64,000 bases of DNA from Candidatus Latescibacterota bacterium (lineage in GTDB: Bacteria > Latescibacterota > UBA2968 > UBA8231): assembly GCA_965221775.1 (NCBI GenBank), contig CBDCSU010000005.1, positions 1,088,001 through 1,152,000 of the forward strand, written 5' to 3'. Both the position numbers and the translations under genes were made by a program. Each line of letters starts with the position of its first letter. Within the stretch, counting starts at the first letter, position 1. The notes beneath the pieces were generated by a model that did no database searches, was not told the DNA's origin, and saw only the letters and a list, made by a program, of their open reading frames with translations. Positions 1-9,733 of the stretch are shown piece by piece.

Positions 1-661
1 CGGGGTGCTGCTCACCTTCTGCCACCAGCGCCGCTTCGGCGACGGCTTCGCCACGGCGCGGGACCTGCTCCGCGACGGCGCCATCGGCCCCCTGCGCCGC
101 TTCGAGGGCGTCTGCGCCAACCTCTTCGACTGGGGCACCCACTGGTTCGACATGATGTTCTTCTACAACGACGAGACCCCGGCGCGCTGGGTCATGGGCC
201 AGATCGACGTCTCCGAGCACCGGGAGATCTTCGGCGTGCGGCTGGACACGAGCGGCCTGTCGTGGGTCCGCTTCGAGAACGAGGTCGAGGGCCTGCTGAC
301 CACCGGCGACGCGGGCCACGCCGGACCGGCCAACCGCCTGATCGGCGAGGAGGGGGTGATCGAGGTGCAGGGCGGCGGCGGCGGCCTGCGGATGCAGCGA
401 GGCGGCGGCTGGGAGGAGGTGGAGCACACCTCGGGGGTGCCGGCACCCCGACACACGATCGCCAGCGTCCGCGATCTGGTGGACTGCCTCCACAGCGGCG
501 AGGAGCCGGAGCTGTCCAGCCGCAAGGCCCTGCAGGCGACGGAGCTGATCTTCGCCACCTACGAGTCGTCGCGCCGCCGCGGGCGCGTCGACCTGCCCCT
601 GGAGGTGGAAGATTCCCCCCTGCTGAACATGCTCGAGGAGGGGGTGATCGGCGGCGGTTGA
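1..661 (+). CDS. Gfo/Idh/MocA family oxidoreductase, 5'-partial
   Basis: 'CHQRRF', 'GAIG' and 'LFDWGTHWFD' motifs; C-terminal 'ELIFATYESSR'; frame open at the window edge. Confidence 0.85.
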   Translation, partial: GVLLTFCHQRRFGDGFATARDLLRDGAIGPLRRFEGVCANLFDWGTHWFDMMFFYNDETPARWVMGQIDVSEHREIFGVRLDTSGLSWVRFENEVEGLLTTGDAGHAGPANRLIGEEGVIEVQGGGGGLRMQRGGGWEEVEHTSGVPAPRHTIASVRDLVDCLHSGEEPELSSRKALQATELIFATYESSRRRGRVDLPLEVEDSPLLNMLEEGVIGGG

Positions 662-676
662 GGCCCCGGCCGCCGG

Positions 677-1639
677 CTACTCCCGGCGCCGCAGCTCGAT
701 GTCGCCGGAGAAGGTGGCCGCCTCGATGCGGGCGCCGCCGCCGCCGAGGGTGGCCCCCTCGATGTGGGCGCCGATGCGGGCGCCGAGGGTCAGGTCCCAG
801 GCGCCGGGCTCCCGCTCTCCGCCGCCGAAGTCGCTGTCGATCTCCCCGGAGAACACCTCCAGCTCGACCTGGGCCCTGACCTCCGCGGGCAGCCGCAGGC
901 CGATGTCGCCGCTCTTCGTCTCCAGCTTCAGGCGGCCGGCGGCGGCCAGGTCGCCTTCGAAGCCCAAGTCGCCGGTCAGGGACTCGGCGCTCCCCTTGCG
1001 CAGCGTGTCGACGCGGGCGTCGATGTCGCCGCTCACCGTGTCGATCTCGAACTCCCCGGCATCGAGACGGATCCAGATGGCGCCGCTCACCGACTTGGCC
1101 TCCACGCGCCCATCCGGGGAGCGCACCTCCAGGTCGCCGCTGACCGACGCCAGGTCGATCGCCTTCGAGCCGACATCGACGGCCACGTCGCCGCTGACCA
1201 CGTCCACCTCCAGGTCGCCGGTGAGCCCGGAGGCGGAGACATCGGCGCTCACGCACTCCACCTCCACCTCGCTGGCACGCGGGACCTGGACCACCAGGCG
1301 CGCCCTTCCGTGGTCCCTGAATCCCTCGAATCGGGAGTCGTGGATCACCTCCACCTCGATCGTCCCCCCGCGGCGCTCGAAGCGCAGCTCCTTCACGCCC
1401 CTGCCCAGGTGGCCGGTGACGGCGACCTCGTTCTGGTCCCAGGCCTGCACCTCGACGCGGCCCGAGATGTTGCTCACCTCGACCTTGCCGCGGGGATCGG
1501 CGTCCAATCGCTTCTCCACCGACTCCGCCGCGGCCCCCGCCGCGGTCAGCGCCCCCAGGAGAAGGACCCGAAGGCCGGGGCCCGGGCGGGGGCCGCGGAA
1601 GGCCGCCCGGGCGCCGCCGAGAGTGCTCTGCATGTTCAT
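677..1639 (-). CDS. DUF4097-type beta-strand repeat exported protein
   Basis: Signal-like hydrophobic stretch, then repeated 'VSGDV/SVSGDL/TVSGDI/TKSGDI' motifs. Confidence 0.8.
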   Translation of the reverse strand: MNMQSTLGGARAAFRGPRPGPGLRVLLLGALTAAGAAAESVEKRLDADPRGKVEVSNISGRVEVQAWDQNEVAVTGHLGRGVKELRFERRGGTIEVEVIHDSRFEGFRDHGRARLVVQVPRASEVEVECVSADVSASGLTGDLEVDVVSGDVAVDVGSKAIDLASVSGDLEVRSPDGRVEAKSVSGAIWIRLDAGEFEIDTVSGDIDARVDTLRKGSAESLTGDLGFEGDLAAAGRLKLETKSGDIGLRLPAEVRAQVELEVFSGEIDSDFGGGEREPGAWDLTLGARIGAHIEGATLGGGGARIEAATFSGDIELRRRE

Positions 1640-1819
1640 CTCCTCTCCCCGGTATCGACTCCGGAGGCCGGCTGGCCGGACCGTCCCGCCTCGCCTCCCC
1701 CAAGGAGGCTAATACGGATGGGATCCGCCGCAAAAGGGTCCCGCCCGCGCCTCTGCCGGTCAGCCATTTCCTATACTTGCGCGCCCCTGCTACCCACCCC
1801 CCGACGAAAGGAACCCTCC

Positions 1820-2566
1820 GTGAAAAGCCCCCGAGCGGTCGTGCGCAACTGGCGCGACAGCGAATGCTACCTCGGCCATGACAACGCCATCGTCTGGCCG
1901 ATCCTGAACCCCGCCGGCGACGGCTCGCCTTTCCGGTGCCTGACCCACCTGAGCGGCCTCGCCGGCCACTCCCTGCAGGGGGGCAAGAGCACCAACTACC
2001 ACGCCCACGCCGACTCCGAGCAGTACTACTACATCCTCTCCGGCCAGGCGGAGGTGCTCATCGGCACGGAGCGCCACGCCGTCAGCGAGGGATCGGTGGC
2101 CTACTTCCCTCCCGGGGTCTCGCACCAGCTCCTCGGCGAGACCAACCCCGACTGGATGCAGTACCTGATCATCACCTGCCCGGTGCCGGAGGGCCGGCGC
2201 GGCAGCGAGCCCCGGGTGCTGAACTGGCGCGACGCCCAGCCGAACATGGGCGTCCACGGCAACGCCGTGACCTGGCAGCTCCTGGAGCGGCTGGAGGCGG
2301 AGGAGCCGGTCACCGACCAGCCCTGCCTGCTCGCCTTCTGGTACCTGGCTCGGCAGGCCGTGGGCCGGGGCAAGGCCTCCGACTTCCACGTCCACAACGA
2401 CAAGGAGCAGGTCTACTACGTGCTGGAGGGAGAGGGCACGGTGGTCACCGGCTTCGACGCCCACCCGGTGAGGGAGGGCGACACTGTTTACCTGCCCATC
2501 GGCGTGCCCCACGCCATCCTCAACGACCGCCACGACGGCTGGCTCTCGTACCTCGTGATCAGCTGA
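1820..2566 (+). CDS. Bicupin protein
   Basis: GTG at 1820 after AAGGA; two cupin motifs 'HAHADSEQYYYILSG...H' and 'HVHNDKEQVYYVLEG...PH'. Confidence 0.85.
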   Translation: MKSPRAVVRNWRDSECYLGHDNAIVWPILNPAGDGSPFRCLTHLSGLAGHSLQGGKSTNYHAHADSEQYYYILSGQAEVLIGTERHAVSEGSVAYFPPGVSHQLLGETNPDWMQYLIITCPVPEGRRGSEPRVLNWRDAQPNMGVHGNAVTWQLLERLEAEEPVTDQPCLLAFWYLARQAVGRGKASDFHVHNDKEQVYYVLEGEGTVVTGFDAHPVREGDTVYLPIGVPHAILNDRHDGWLSYLVIS

Positions 2567-4188
2567 TGGCCTGGGACGTGCTGATCCGGGGGGGCCGCGT
2601 CGTCGACGGCAGCGGCAACCCCTGGTTCCGCGGCGACGTGGCCCTCGCCGGCGACCGCGTCGCCGCGGTGACCGCGCCGGGGGCCGTCCCGCCGGAGAAC
2701 GCCGGCGAGGTCGTCGACGCCGGGGACGCCGTGGTCTGCCCGGGCTTCATCGACATCCAGTCCCACTCGATCTATCCGCTGATGGCGGACGGCCGCTGCC
2801 TCTCCAAGATCACCCAGGGCGTGACCACCGAGATCATGGGCGAGGCCACCACCCCGGCGCCGGTGACCGGCCGCAACGAGGGCGGCATCGGCACCGCCGT
2901 TTACGGCGGCCTGCTGGCCGACTGGGTGGAGCCGGCGAAGAAGTGGACGCGCTTCCGCCACTGGCTGGAGGCGGTGGAGGCCGCCGGCACCTCGCCCAAC
3001 GTCGGCTCCTACCTCGGCGGCGGCACCCTGCGCAGTTGCGCCAAGGGGATGGACATGACCGCCGCCACGCCGGAGGAGCGGCGGCTCATGGCGCGGGTGG
3101 CGGCGGAGGCGATGGAGGACGGCGCCTTCGGCCTCTCGTACGCGCTGATCTACCCGCCCGACTGCTACGCCGACACCGGCGAGATCGTCGAGGTCTGCGA
3201 GGTCGTGGCCCGCTGCAACGGCAGCTACATCACCCACCTGCGGTCGGAAGGGGCGGAGATCTTCAGCGCCCTCGACGAGGCCTTCGAGATCGGCGTCCGC
3301 GCCGGTGTGCCGGTGGAGATCTACCACCTGAAGGCGGCGGGCCGGAACCACTGGGACAAGATGCCCGAGGTCATCGGCCGCATCGACCGGGCCCGCGCCG
3401 GCGGGCTGGACGTGGCCGCCGACATGTACCCCTACGACGCCTCGGGCACCGGCCTGACCGCGGTGCTGCCGCCGTGGACGGCGGAGGGGGGGAAGCTCTT
3501 CGAGCGTCTGGAGGACCCGGCCGAGCGCGAGAGGATCCGGCGCGCCGTCATCGACCCCGACGGCGGCTGGGAGCCGATGGTCACCGAGCACGGCCCCGAG
3601 GGGGTGATGCCGATCGGCTTCCGCAAGCCGGAGAACCAGGCGTACGTGGGCCGGCGCCTCTCCGAGATCGCCGCCGAGCGCGGCGAGGACTGGTTCGACA
3701 CCGTCTGCCACCTGCTGCTGTCGGAACGCCAGCGCATCGGCACGATCTACTACTCCATGACCGAGGACAACCTGCGCCTGCAGCTCGTCCAGCCGTGGGT
3801 CAAGATCTCCACCGACGCCGGCGGCGTCGACCCGGCCTGGGCGCGTGACCTGGGGCCGGTGCACCCCCGCGGCTACGGCACCTATCCGCGCGTCCTCGGC
3901 CGCTTCGTCCGCGACCTGGGGGTCCTGCCCCTGGAGGACGCGGTCCGCAAGATGACCTCGGCCGTGGCCGACCGTCTGGGCCTGCGCCAGCGGGGCCTGC
4001 TGCGCGAGGGCCTGCTCGCCGACGTGGTGATCTTCGACCCCGAGACGGTCTCGGACCGCGCCACCTTCGAGGAGCCCCACCAGTTGTCGACGGGGGTGCG
4101 CGATGTGTGGGTGAACGGCGGGCGGGTGCTTCGGGACGGGGAGCACACCGGGGCCACGCCGGGCCGCTTCGTGCGGCCCTGGAGCTGA
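2566..4188 (+). CDS. N-acyl-D-amino-acid deacylase (amidohydrolase)
   Basis: TGATG overlap with the cupin; 'DVLIRGGRVVDGSG', 'PGFIDIQSHS', 'HPRGYGTYPRVLG', 'ADVVIFDP'. Confidence 0.9.
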   Translation: MAWDVLIRGGRVVDGSGNPWFRGDVALAGDRVAAVTAPGAVPPENAGEVVDAGDAVVCPGFIDIQSHSIYPLMADGRCLSKITQGVTTEIMGEATTPAPVTGRNEGGIGTAVYGGLLADWVEPAKKWTRFRHWLEAVEAAGTSPNVGSYLGGGTLRSCAKGMDMTAATPEERRLMARVAAEAMEDGAFGLSYALIYPPDCYADTGEIVEVCEVVARCNGSYITHLRSEGAEIFSALDEAFEIGVRAGVPVEIYHLKAAGRNHWDKMPEVIGRIDRARAGGLDVAADMYPYDASGTGLTAVLPPWTAEGGKLFERLEDPAERERIRRAVIDPDGGWEPMVTEHGPEGVMPIGFRKPENQAYVGRRLSEIAAERGEDWFDTVCHLLLSERQRIGTIYYSMTEDNLRLQLVQPWVKISTDAGGVDPAWARDLGPVHPRGYGTYPRVLGRFVRDLGVLPLEDAVRKMTSAVADRLGLRQRGLLREGLLADVVIFDPETVSDRATFEEPHQLSTGVRDVWVNGGRVLRDGEHTGATPGRFVRPWS

Positions 4189-4760
4189 GCCGCGGGAGTC
4201 CCGCCATGGGGAAGGCAGGCATCGCCCTTCACCGGGCGGCGGGTGCTGCGAGACCGGGAGCCACCGGCGCTACGAGGGGTTCCGCCATGAGGAAGGCAGG
4301 CCTCGCCCTTCGCCGGGCGGCGGGTGCTGCGCGACGGGGAGCACACCGGGGCCACCCCCGGCCGCTTCGTGCGGCCCTGGAGCTGAGCCGCCAGGAGTCC
4401 CGCCATGCGCAAGGCAGGCATCGCCCTTCACCGGGCGGCGGGTGCTGCGAGACCGGGAGCCACCGGCGCTACGAGGGGTTCCGCCATGAGGAAGGCAGGC
4501 ATTGCGCTTAACCGGGCGGCGGGTGCTGCGAGACCGGGAGCCACTGGCGCCACGAGGGGTTCCGCCATGGGGAAGGCAGGCATCGCCCTTCGCCGGGCGG
4601 CGGGTGCTGCGAGACGGGGAGCCACCGGCGCTACGAGGGATTCCGCCATGAGGAAGGCTGGCATTGCGCTTCGCCGGGCGGCGGGTGCTGCGAGACGGGG
4701 AGCCACCGGCGTTACGGGAAGTCCCGCCATGAGGAAGGCTGGCATCGAGCGCCGGGCGGC
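4120..4760 (+). repeat. Tandem array of 81-bp units, plus one 118-bp unit, at a gene junction
   Basis: CCGCCATG unit starts at 4201, 4282, 4400, 4481, 4562, 4643, 4724; 4320-4386 recopies the deacylase 3' end including its stop. Confidence 0.95.
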
Positions 4761-7743
4761 GGCCCTGCTCTGGCTCTGGGCGGGAGGCGCCGGCGCCGGC
4801 GAGGCCTTCGTCACCGTCGATCTGACCGACCTCTACCACGGCCGCTTCATCGGCGCCGACATGGGCGACGGCTACCGGATCGCCGAGGGGCAGCTGCCCG
4901 CGGCGGGCTCCCGCGTCGAGATCGGGGGCATCCCCTTCCACATCGGCACGCGGGAGGGCGGCGACCACCTGGACGTGGGCCTGGCCCGCTGGCCCGATGT
5001 GGAGGAGGACCCGGTGGGGTTCTACTCCCACTACCAACCCGACGGGTACGGCGATCCCGAGTGCCCGGTGGTGCGCATCCCGCGGCAGAACTACTCGGGG
5101 CTCTACCTGCTCTGCCTGGCCGACACCGATCCCGCGAAGACCCCGGTGGTCTCCTTCCGGCTGGGGCTGCACGACGGCCACGGGATCCTCTACGACAGCG
5201 GCGTCACCGTGCCCCGGTGGGACGAGCCGGACAACGAGCGGGTCCTGGCCCACCGGCCGCTGCGCCTCACCGGGGAGGGTGGAGAGAAGGACGGGCGGCT
5301 GTTCGTGGTGAAGGCGCCCCTGCGTTCGGGGGACATCCAGGACATCGCCGAGCCGGGGGACCACCTGGACTTGGAGCTGACCAAGGAACTGCACGTGGCG
5401 GTGCGCAATCCCGACCCGGCGCGGTTCCGCGTGCGCCCCCTGGGCCGCCGCAGCGCCGTGCGCGTGGTCGCCCTCACCCTGGCGGTGGCGCCGATGCAGA
5501 TGCGGGTCTCTTCGGCGGAGGTGGGGAACGTCTTCGTGGCGCAGCCGCCGGTCTTCTCCGCGGCCCTGCGGAACATCACCTCTCAGCCGCGGCGGGCCCG
5601 GGTGGAGGCGGTGGCCACCGACTACTATGGCCGCGAGACCCGCACGCGGGGGAGCCTGCTGCTGCCGCCACTGGCCGCCGACACCCTGCGCCTGGAGCTG
5701 CCCCGGGAGACGCTCGGCTGGTTCGAGGTCGTCTTCCGCCTCCTCGACGGCGAGGAGGTCTCCGTCGAGCGCCGCACCACCTTCGCCCTGCTGCCCGAGG
5801 ACCGCCGGCGGGCGACCGTCCGGGACTCGCCCTTCGGTATCTGGTGCTTCGGCAAGGGCCACCGCGGCACCACCGTCGACCAGGCCGGGCCGCTGATGTA
5901 CAAGGCGGGGATCCGGCGCACCTTCGGCTTCGGCTACGAGGCGCTGCGGGAGCACGGCCTGACGAAGGGCCAGCACTCCAGCATCGTGGGCACCCACAAG
6001 GTCGGCGAGACGGACACCGAGGCCCTGCGCCGCACCTTCGAGGCGTGGCCGGAGACGCGCCAGGCCCTGGTCTTCCACGAGAGCAACATCGGGCTGCTGA
6101 AGACGCGTCCGGGGTTCCTGACGGGGGACGGACCGGCGCCGCTGGACTCGGCGGAGACGGCGGAGCTGGAGCGGCGCTGGGAGCACGCGGTGGCGGCCAG
6201 CGAGGCGGTGCGGCGCATCGACCCGGAGATGGAGCTGGTCTTCGGCAACATGGTGCAGCCCTCCATCGAGCAGTTCCTGGCGCGCGGGTATCCGCGTGAG
6301 CTCATCGACCGCCTGGGAGAGGAGTCCCCCGGCTTCATGCGCATGCCCGAGCGCCAGCCCGAGGTGGCCGGCTTCGGCAGCCTCTGGTGGATGAAGGAGA
6401 TGGCCCGCCACTACGGGTACGGCGACGTGGGGCTGGCCGTCTCCTTCGAGTGGATGTACCACTCCACCAACCCCGGCAACCTCCACCCGCGCACCGCCGC
6501 CGCCTACAACGTCCGCGACTGCCTGCTGGCCCTGGCCTACGGCGTGCCCCACGTCAACCCGGCCCTCGCCTACGACGTGGGCAACGCCTACTACTTCTCC
6601 AACTGGGGCGCCTCCGGCCTCGCCCACCGCCCGCCCGAGCTGAACCCCAAGCCCGGGTACGTGACCTACGCCACGCTGACGGCTCAGCTCGACCGGGCCC
6701 GGTTCTCGCGCAAACTGGACACGGGCTCCACCAGCCTCTTCGCCCTCGAGTTCACCCGCCCCGAGGGCGGCCCGGTCTACGCCCTGTGGACGATCCGCGG
6801 CGAGAGGGAGGTCCGCCTGTCCGTGCGCGGCTCGGGGCCCGCCCGGGTGACGAACGGCAGCACTCCTGCGGCGGCGCCCGCGGACGGCGAGGTGACCGTC
6901 GACGACGACGATCCACCGCGTAACGTCAGCGGCCCCGCGGCGGCCCTGGTGACGGACGGCATGGGCAACAGCTTTCCGGCGGATGTCGCGGACGGCGAGG
7001 GGGTCGTCCTCGTGGATGATTCACCGCGCTACCTCAGCGGCGTCGAGGTGATCGCGGTGAAGGCCGGGGCCTCGCGCTACACCGCGGCGCCCGGACCCCG
7101 GGCCGTCCTGCTTCACGACTTGAACGACCCCGGCGCCTGGCGGGTGAGCGCCCGCCGGGATACGGCCTTCGAGAACTACACCTGGGACGTGCTCCGCCGT
7201 CCGGGGCGTCTGTCCTGGAGTTCCGTGCAGGACCCCGAGCGCGGCGCCGTGACCCGCGTGGCCCTGGACGGACCCCAAGGCGGCCCGGACGTGACCGCCT
7301 GGTACAACTACTCCGAGCTGGACGAGCCCGTCCCGCTGCCGGGAGAGCCGCGCCAGATCGGCCTGTGGGTCCACGGCAACTCCAGCTGGAGCCGCATCGT
7401 CTTCGTCCTGGAGGACGCCGAGGGCGAGGAGTGGACCCACCTGGGGGCCGCCCTCCACGGCCGCGCCGACTGGAACACCAACGACACGGAGAGCACCTCC
7501 TTCGTCAACTTCGACGGCTGGCGCTACATGGGGATCGACCTGCCGGGGGAGCATCCCGTCGACCGCTACCAGTGGCCGCGCAAGTGCAACTGGCGCGCCA
7601 CCGGCGGCGACGGCCTGGTGGACCACCCGCTGCGGCTGAAGGGGTTCTACGTGCAGCTGCGGGAGAAGCTGGTCTACATCGACGAGATGGTGCCGGCCAC
7701 GAGCCGGCACCTGCTGCTCGACGACCTGATGTGCTCCTACTGA
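4729..7743 (+). CDS. Large secreted glycoside-hydrolase-like protein (TIM barrel plus Ig/CBM-like domains)
   Basis: Last repeat ATG is followed by a signal-like 'AAALLWLWAGGAGA'; 'SPFG', 'FHESN', 'LNPKPGYVTYA'; in-frame upstream ATGs back to 4405. Confidence 0.6.
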   Translation: MRKAGIERRAAALLWLWAGGAGAGEAFVTVDLTDLYHGRFIGADMGDGYRIAEGQLPAAGSRVEIGGIPFHIGTREGGDHLDVGLARWPDVEEDPVGFYSHYQPDGYGDPECPVVRIPRQNYSGLYLLCLADTDPAKTPVVSFRLGLHDGHGILYDSGVTVPRWDEPDNERVLAHRPLRLTGEGGEKDGRLFVVKAPLRSGDIQDIAEPGDHLDLELTKELHVAVRNPDPARFRVRPLGRRSAVRVVALTLAVAPMQMRVSSAEVGNVFVAQPPVFSAALRNITSQPRRARVEAVATDYYGRETRTRGSLLLPPLAADTLRLELPRETLGWFEVVFRLLDGEEVSVERRTTFALLPEDRRRATVRDSPFGIWCFGKGHRGTTVDQAGPLMYKAGIRRTFGFGYEALREHGLTKGQHSSIVGTHKVGETDTEALRRTFEAWPETRQALVFHESNIGLLKTRPGFLTGDGPAPLDSAETAELERRWEHAVAASEAVRRIDPEMELVFGNMVQPSIEQFLARGYPRELIDRLGEESPGFMRMPERQPEVAGFGSLWWMKEMARHYGYGDVGLAVSFEWMYHSTNPGNLHPRTAAAYNVRDCLLALAYGVPHVNPALAYDVGNAYYFSNWGASGLAHRPPELNPKPGYVTYATLTAQLDRARFSRKLDTGSTSLFALEFTRPEGGPVYALWTIRGEREVRLSVRGSGPARVTNGSTPAAAPADGEVTVDDDDPPRNVSGPAAALVTDGMGNSFPADVADGEGVVLVDDSPRYLSGVEVIAVKAGASRYTAAPGPRAVLLHDLNDPGAWRVSARRDTAFENYTWDVLRRPGRLSWSSVQDPERGAVTRVALDGPQGGPDVTAWYNYSELDEPVPLPGEPRQIGLWVHGNSSWSRIVFVLEDAEGEEWTHLGAALHGRADWNTNDTESTSFVNFDGWRYMGIDLPGEHPVDRYQWPRKCNWRATGGDGLVDHPLRLKGFYVQLREKLVYIDEMVPATSRHLLLDDLMCSY

Positions 7744-7828
7744 TCTGCGAGCCGGGTCCGCCCGACGGGGGCAACAGCGCCCCTGCGCGGCCGATCCGCC
7801 CGGCGCCTCGCAAGCGTCGGGGGCGTCG

Positions 7829-9067
7829 CTACTTCCCGTGGAAGCGGGAGTCGGTGAAGTTGAAGACCGCGGCTCCCGGCGCCTCGACCTCCAGGATCTC
7901 GGTGCCGGTCCAGCCGCTGTACTGCTTGCCCGGCAGGATTCCCAGCAGGGCGACCACCACCGACCGGGCCGGCATGTCCGCCTCGCCGCTGGCCCAGACC
8001 TCGCCCCCCTCGCCCGGAGTCCGCAGCCGCGCCTTGACGCCCCGGGCGTCCTGCTGACCGAGGTTCATCATCAGCAGGCGCACCGTCGGCGGATCCCGCA
8101 TGGTGCCCCAGTCGCCGCCGTCGTGGCCGGAGTGGAAGTACGGGAGGGCGAACTCCGACGAGCAGAACACCGCCGGCCCCTCGTAGCGCCGGGTGAACGC
8201 CTTCCCCAGCTCCAGCAGCTCGGGCGTAAGCCCGCTGCCGTCGGTGGGCGTCTCCAGGAAGCGGCCGCAGATCCCGTCGAGCTGCTCGTCGGTGAGCGGA
8301 CAGTTGTTCTCCTTCAGCTTCCACCTGCCGAAGAACCCCACGCCGGGCGACTCGGGGGCGACGAAGCGGATCAGGCGGACCTGTTGGTCCAGCTCCTCCG
8401 CCGTCTGGGTCCAGCGCCAGTCGCCCTTGTCCGCGGCCTCCTTGCCCAACCCCAGGGCCACCACGGATCTGTCGAGGAGGCCGACGAGACGCGCGGCCTG
8501 AAGCTGAAAGGGGATCATCCACGCGTCGTTGAGGTCGAAGTAGGTCTCCAGCAGGACGAGGTCGACCGTCTGCCGGTAGACCGCCGCCAGTTCCGGCGCC
8601 ACCGGGCCCCGCATCTGCCAGACCGTGATCCCCAGCTCCGGCCTCTTCTCGTGCACGGCCGTGAGGATGGCGGCCGTGTGCCGGTCGATGCCGCCGTCGT
8701 AGTCCCAGCCGAACTCGTCGATGTTGATCACGGGGTTGGGATTGTCCCCGAAGTCCATGTTCGCCAGGACGTCGGAGGCTTCGTCGACGGGCTTGCCAAG
8801 GAAGTTGTAGTGGACCACGCCCTCCGAGACGATCCCGCCCCTGGCCTCCCAGTGCCTCCAGTCGCCGCCCCGGGTGAAGGTCTGCGAGGCGAGTTCCGGG
8901 TAGGCCCCGTAGAAGGCGATCACCTTCTCCAGGCCCATGACCTTCCCGGGGCTGGGGCTGGTGCCGGTCGAGGCGCTCTCGGCGGACACGGTCTCAGCTC
9001 CCTGCAGCGTCAGGATCGACAGACAGATGCACCGCCACAGGGATGGCGGGCGCCGGCTCTTCTTCAT
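7829..9067 (-). CDS. Secreted hypothetical protein (possible GH-like barrel plus C-terminal Ig-like domain)
   Basis: Signal peptide 'MKKSRR...CICLSILTL'; GGAGG upstream; 'INIDEFG' motif. Confidence 0.6.
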   Translation of the reverse strand: MKKSRRPPSLWRCICLSILTLQGAETVSAESASTGTSPSPGKVMGLEKVIAFYGAYPELASQTFTRGGDWRHWEARGGIVSEGVVHYNFLGKPVDEASDVLANMDFGDNPNPVINIDEFGWDYDGGIDRHTAAILTAVHEKRPELGITVWQMRGPVAPELAAVYRQTVDLVLLETYFDLNDAWMIPFQLQAARLVGLLDRSVVALGLGKEAADKGDWRWTQTAEELDQQVRLIRFVAPESPGVGFFGRWKLKENNCPLTDEQLDGICGRFLETPTDGSGLTPELLELGKAFTRRYEGPAVFCSSEFALPYFHSGHDGGDWGTMRDPPTVRLLMMNLGQQDARGVKARLRTPGEGGEVWASGEADMPARSVVVALLGILPGKQYSGWTGTEILEVEAPGAAVFNFTDSRFHGK

Positions 9068-9085
9068 GGGGCGCCTCCCAAAAGG

Positions 9086-9440
9086 GATGGGGGACCGAGC
9101 GAGGTCCGAGACAAGCGGCCTGCCCACCTCGGGAGGGGCGGGCACCGCATGGGCTGATGGGGAACCGGTGCGAGGTCCGAGACAAGAGGCCGTGCGAACC
9201 TCGGGCCGAGATACCGCTTGGGCCGGGGCACCGGAACGAGAGCCGCGGCAAAGCGGTCGTGCCGACCCCGGGATGGCAGATACCGTACTGGGCTGATGCG
9301 GAGGGACGGAACGCGGGGTTCGGGAAACTGTCGTACCGCGCCCGGGGATGGGGTGGGTACCGTATGGGCTGATCGTGGGAGGTGCGGCGAGAGAGCTGTG
9401 CCGGCCAAAGCGGTGAGTCGACCGCCATGGCGTCGGGCGA
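9086..9440. repeat. Degenerate tandem array, about five units of about 70 bp
   Basis: Units start near 9086, 9156, 9225, 9295, 9371; shared GCGAGGTCCGAGACAAG in the first two; ACCG(C/T)..TGGGC(T) unit ends. Confidence 0.7.
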
Positions 9441-9479
9441 AGCGCCGGAGCCCGGGCGGGCGCCGGCGGCCGGACGGCC

Positions 9480-9641
9480 TTACCGCTCCTCGCGGTAGAC
9501 GACGTGCTTGCGCACCGTGGGATCGTACTTCTTGATCTCCAGGCGGCCCTGCTGGTTGCGGCGGTTCTTGGAGGTGTAGTAGCGGTGGTCGCTCTCGGTG
9601 CTCTTCAAGGCGATCTGATTGCGGGGGCCGCTCTTGGCCAT
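9480..9641 (-). CDS. rpmG: 50S ribosomal protein L33, Cys-less form
   Basis: [29 protein letters not shown]...[20 protein letters not shown]. Confidence 0.97.
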   Translation of the reverse strand: MAKSGPRNQIALKSTESDHRYYTSKNRRNQQGRLEIKKYDPTVRKHVVYREER

Positions 9642-9733
9642 GGCATTGCTTCCGGTGGGAGGTTTGCTGTCCTGAGCCGACAGAAGATACACGGATGGCC
9701 CGAATCCCGCTATATCCTCGGCGGCGGCGGCCC

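Noticed and set aside
4120-4760. CRISPR interpretation of the 81-bp array
   Set aside because: Whole units repeat with no unique spacers, they derive from the flanking genes, and no cas genes are present.
9086-9440. CRISPR or integron attC array
   Set aside because: The inter-motif segments are homologous to each other, there are no cassette ORFs, and no integrase or cas gene is present.
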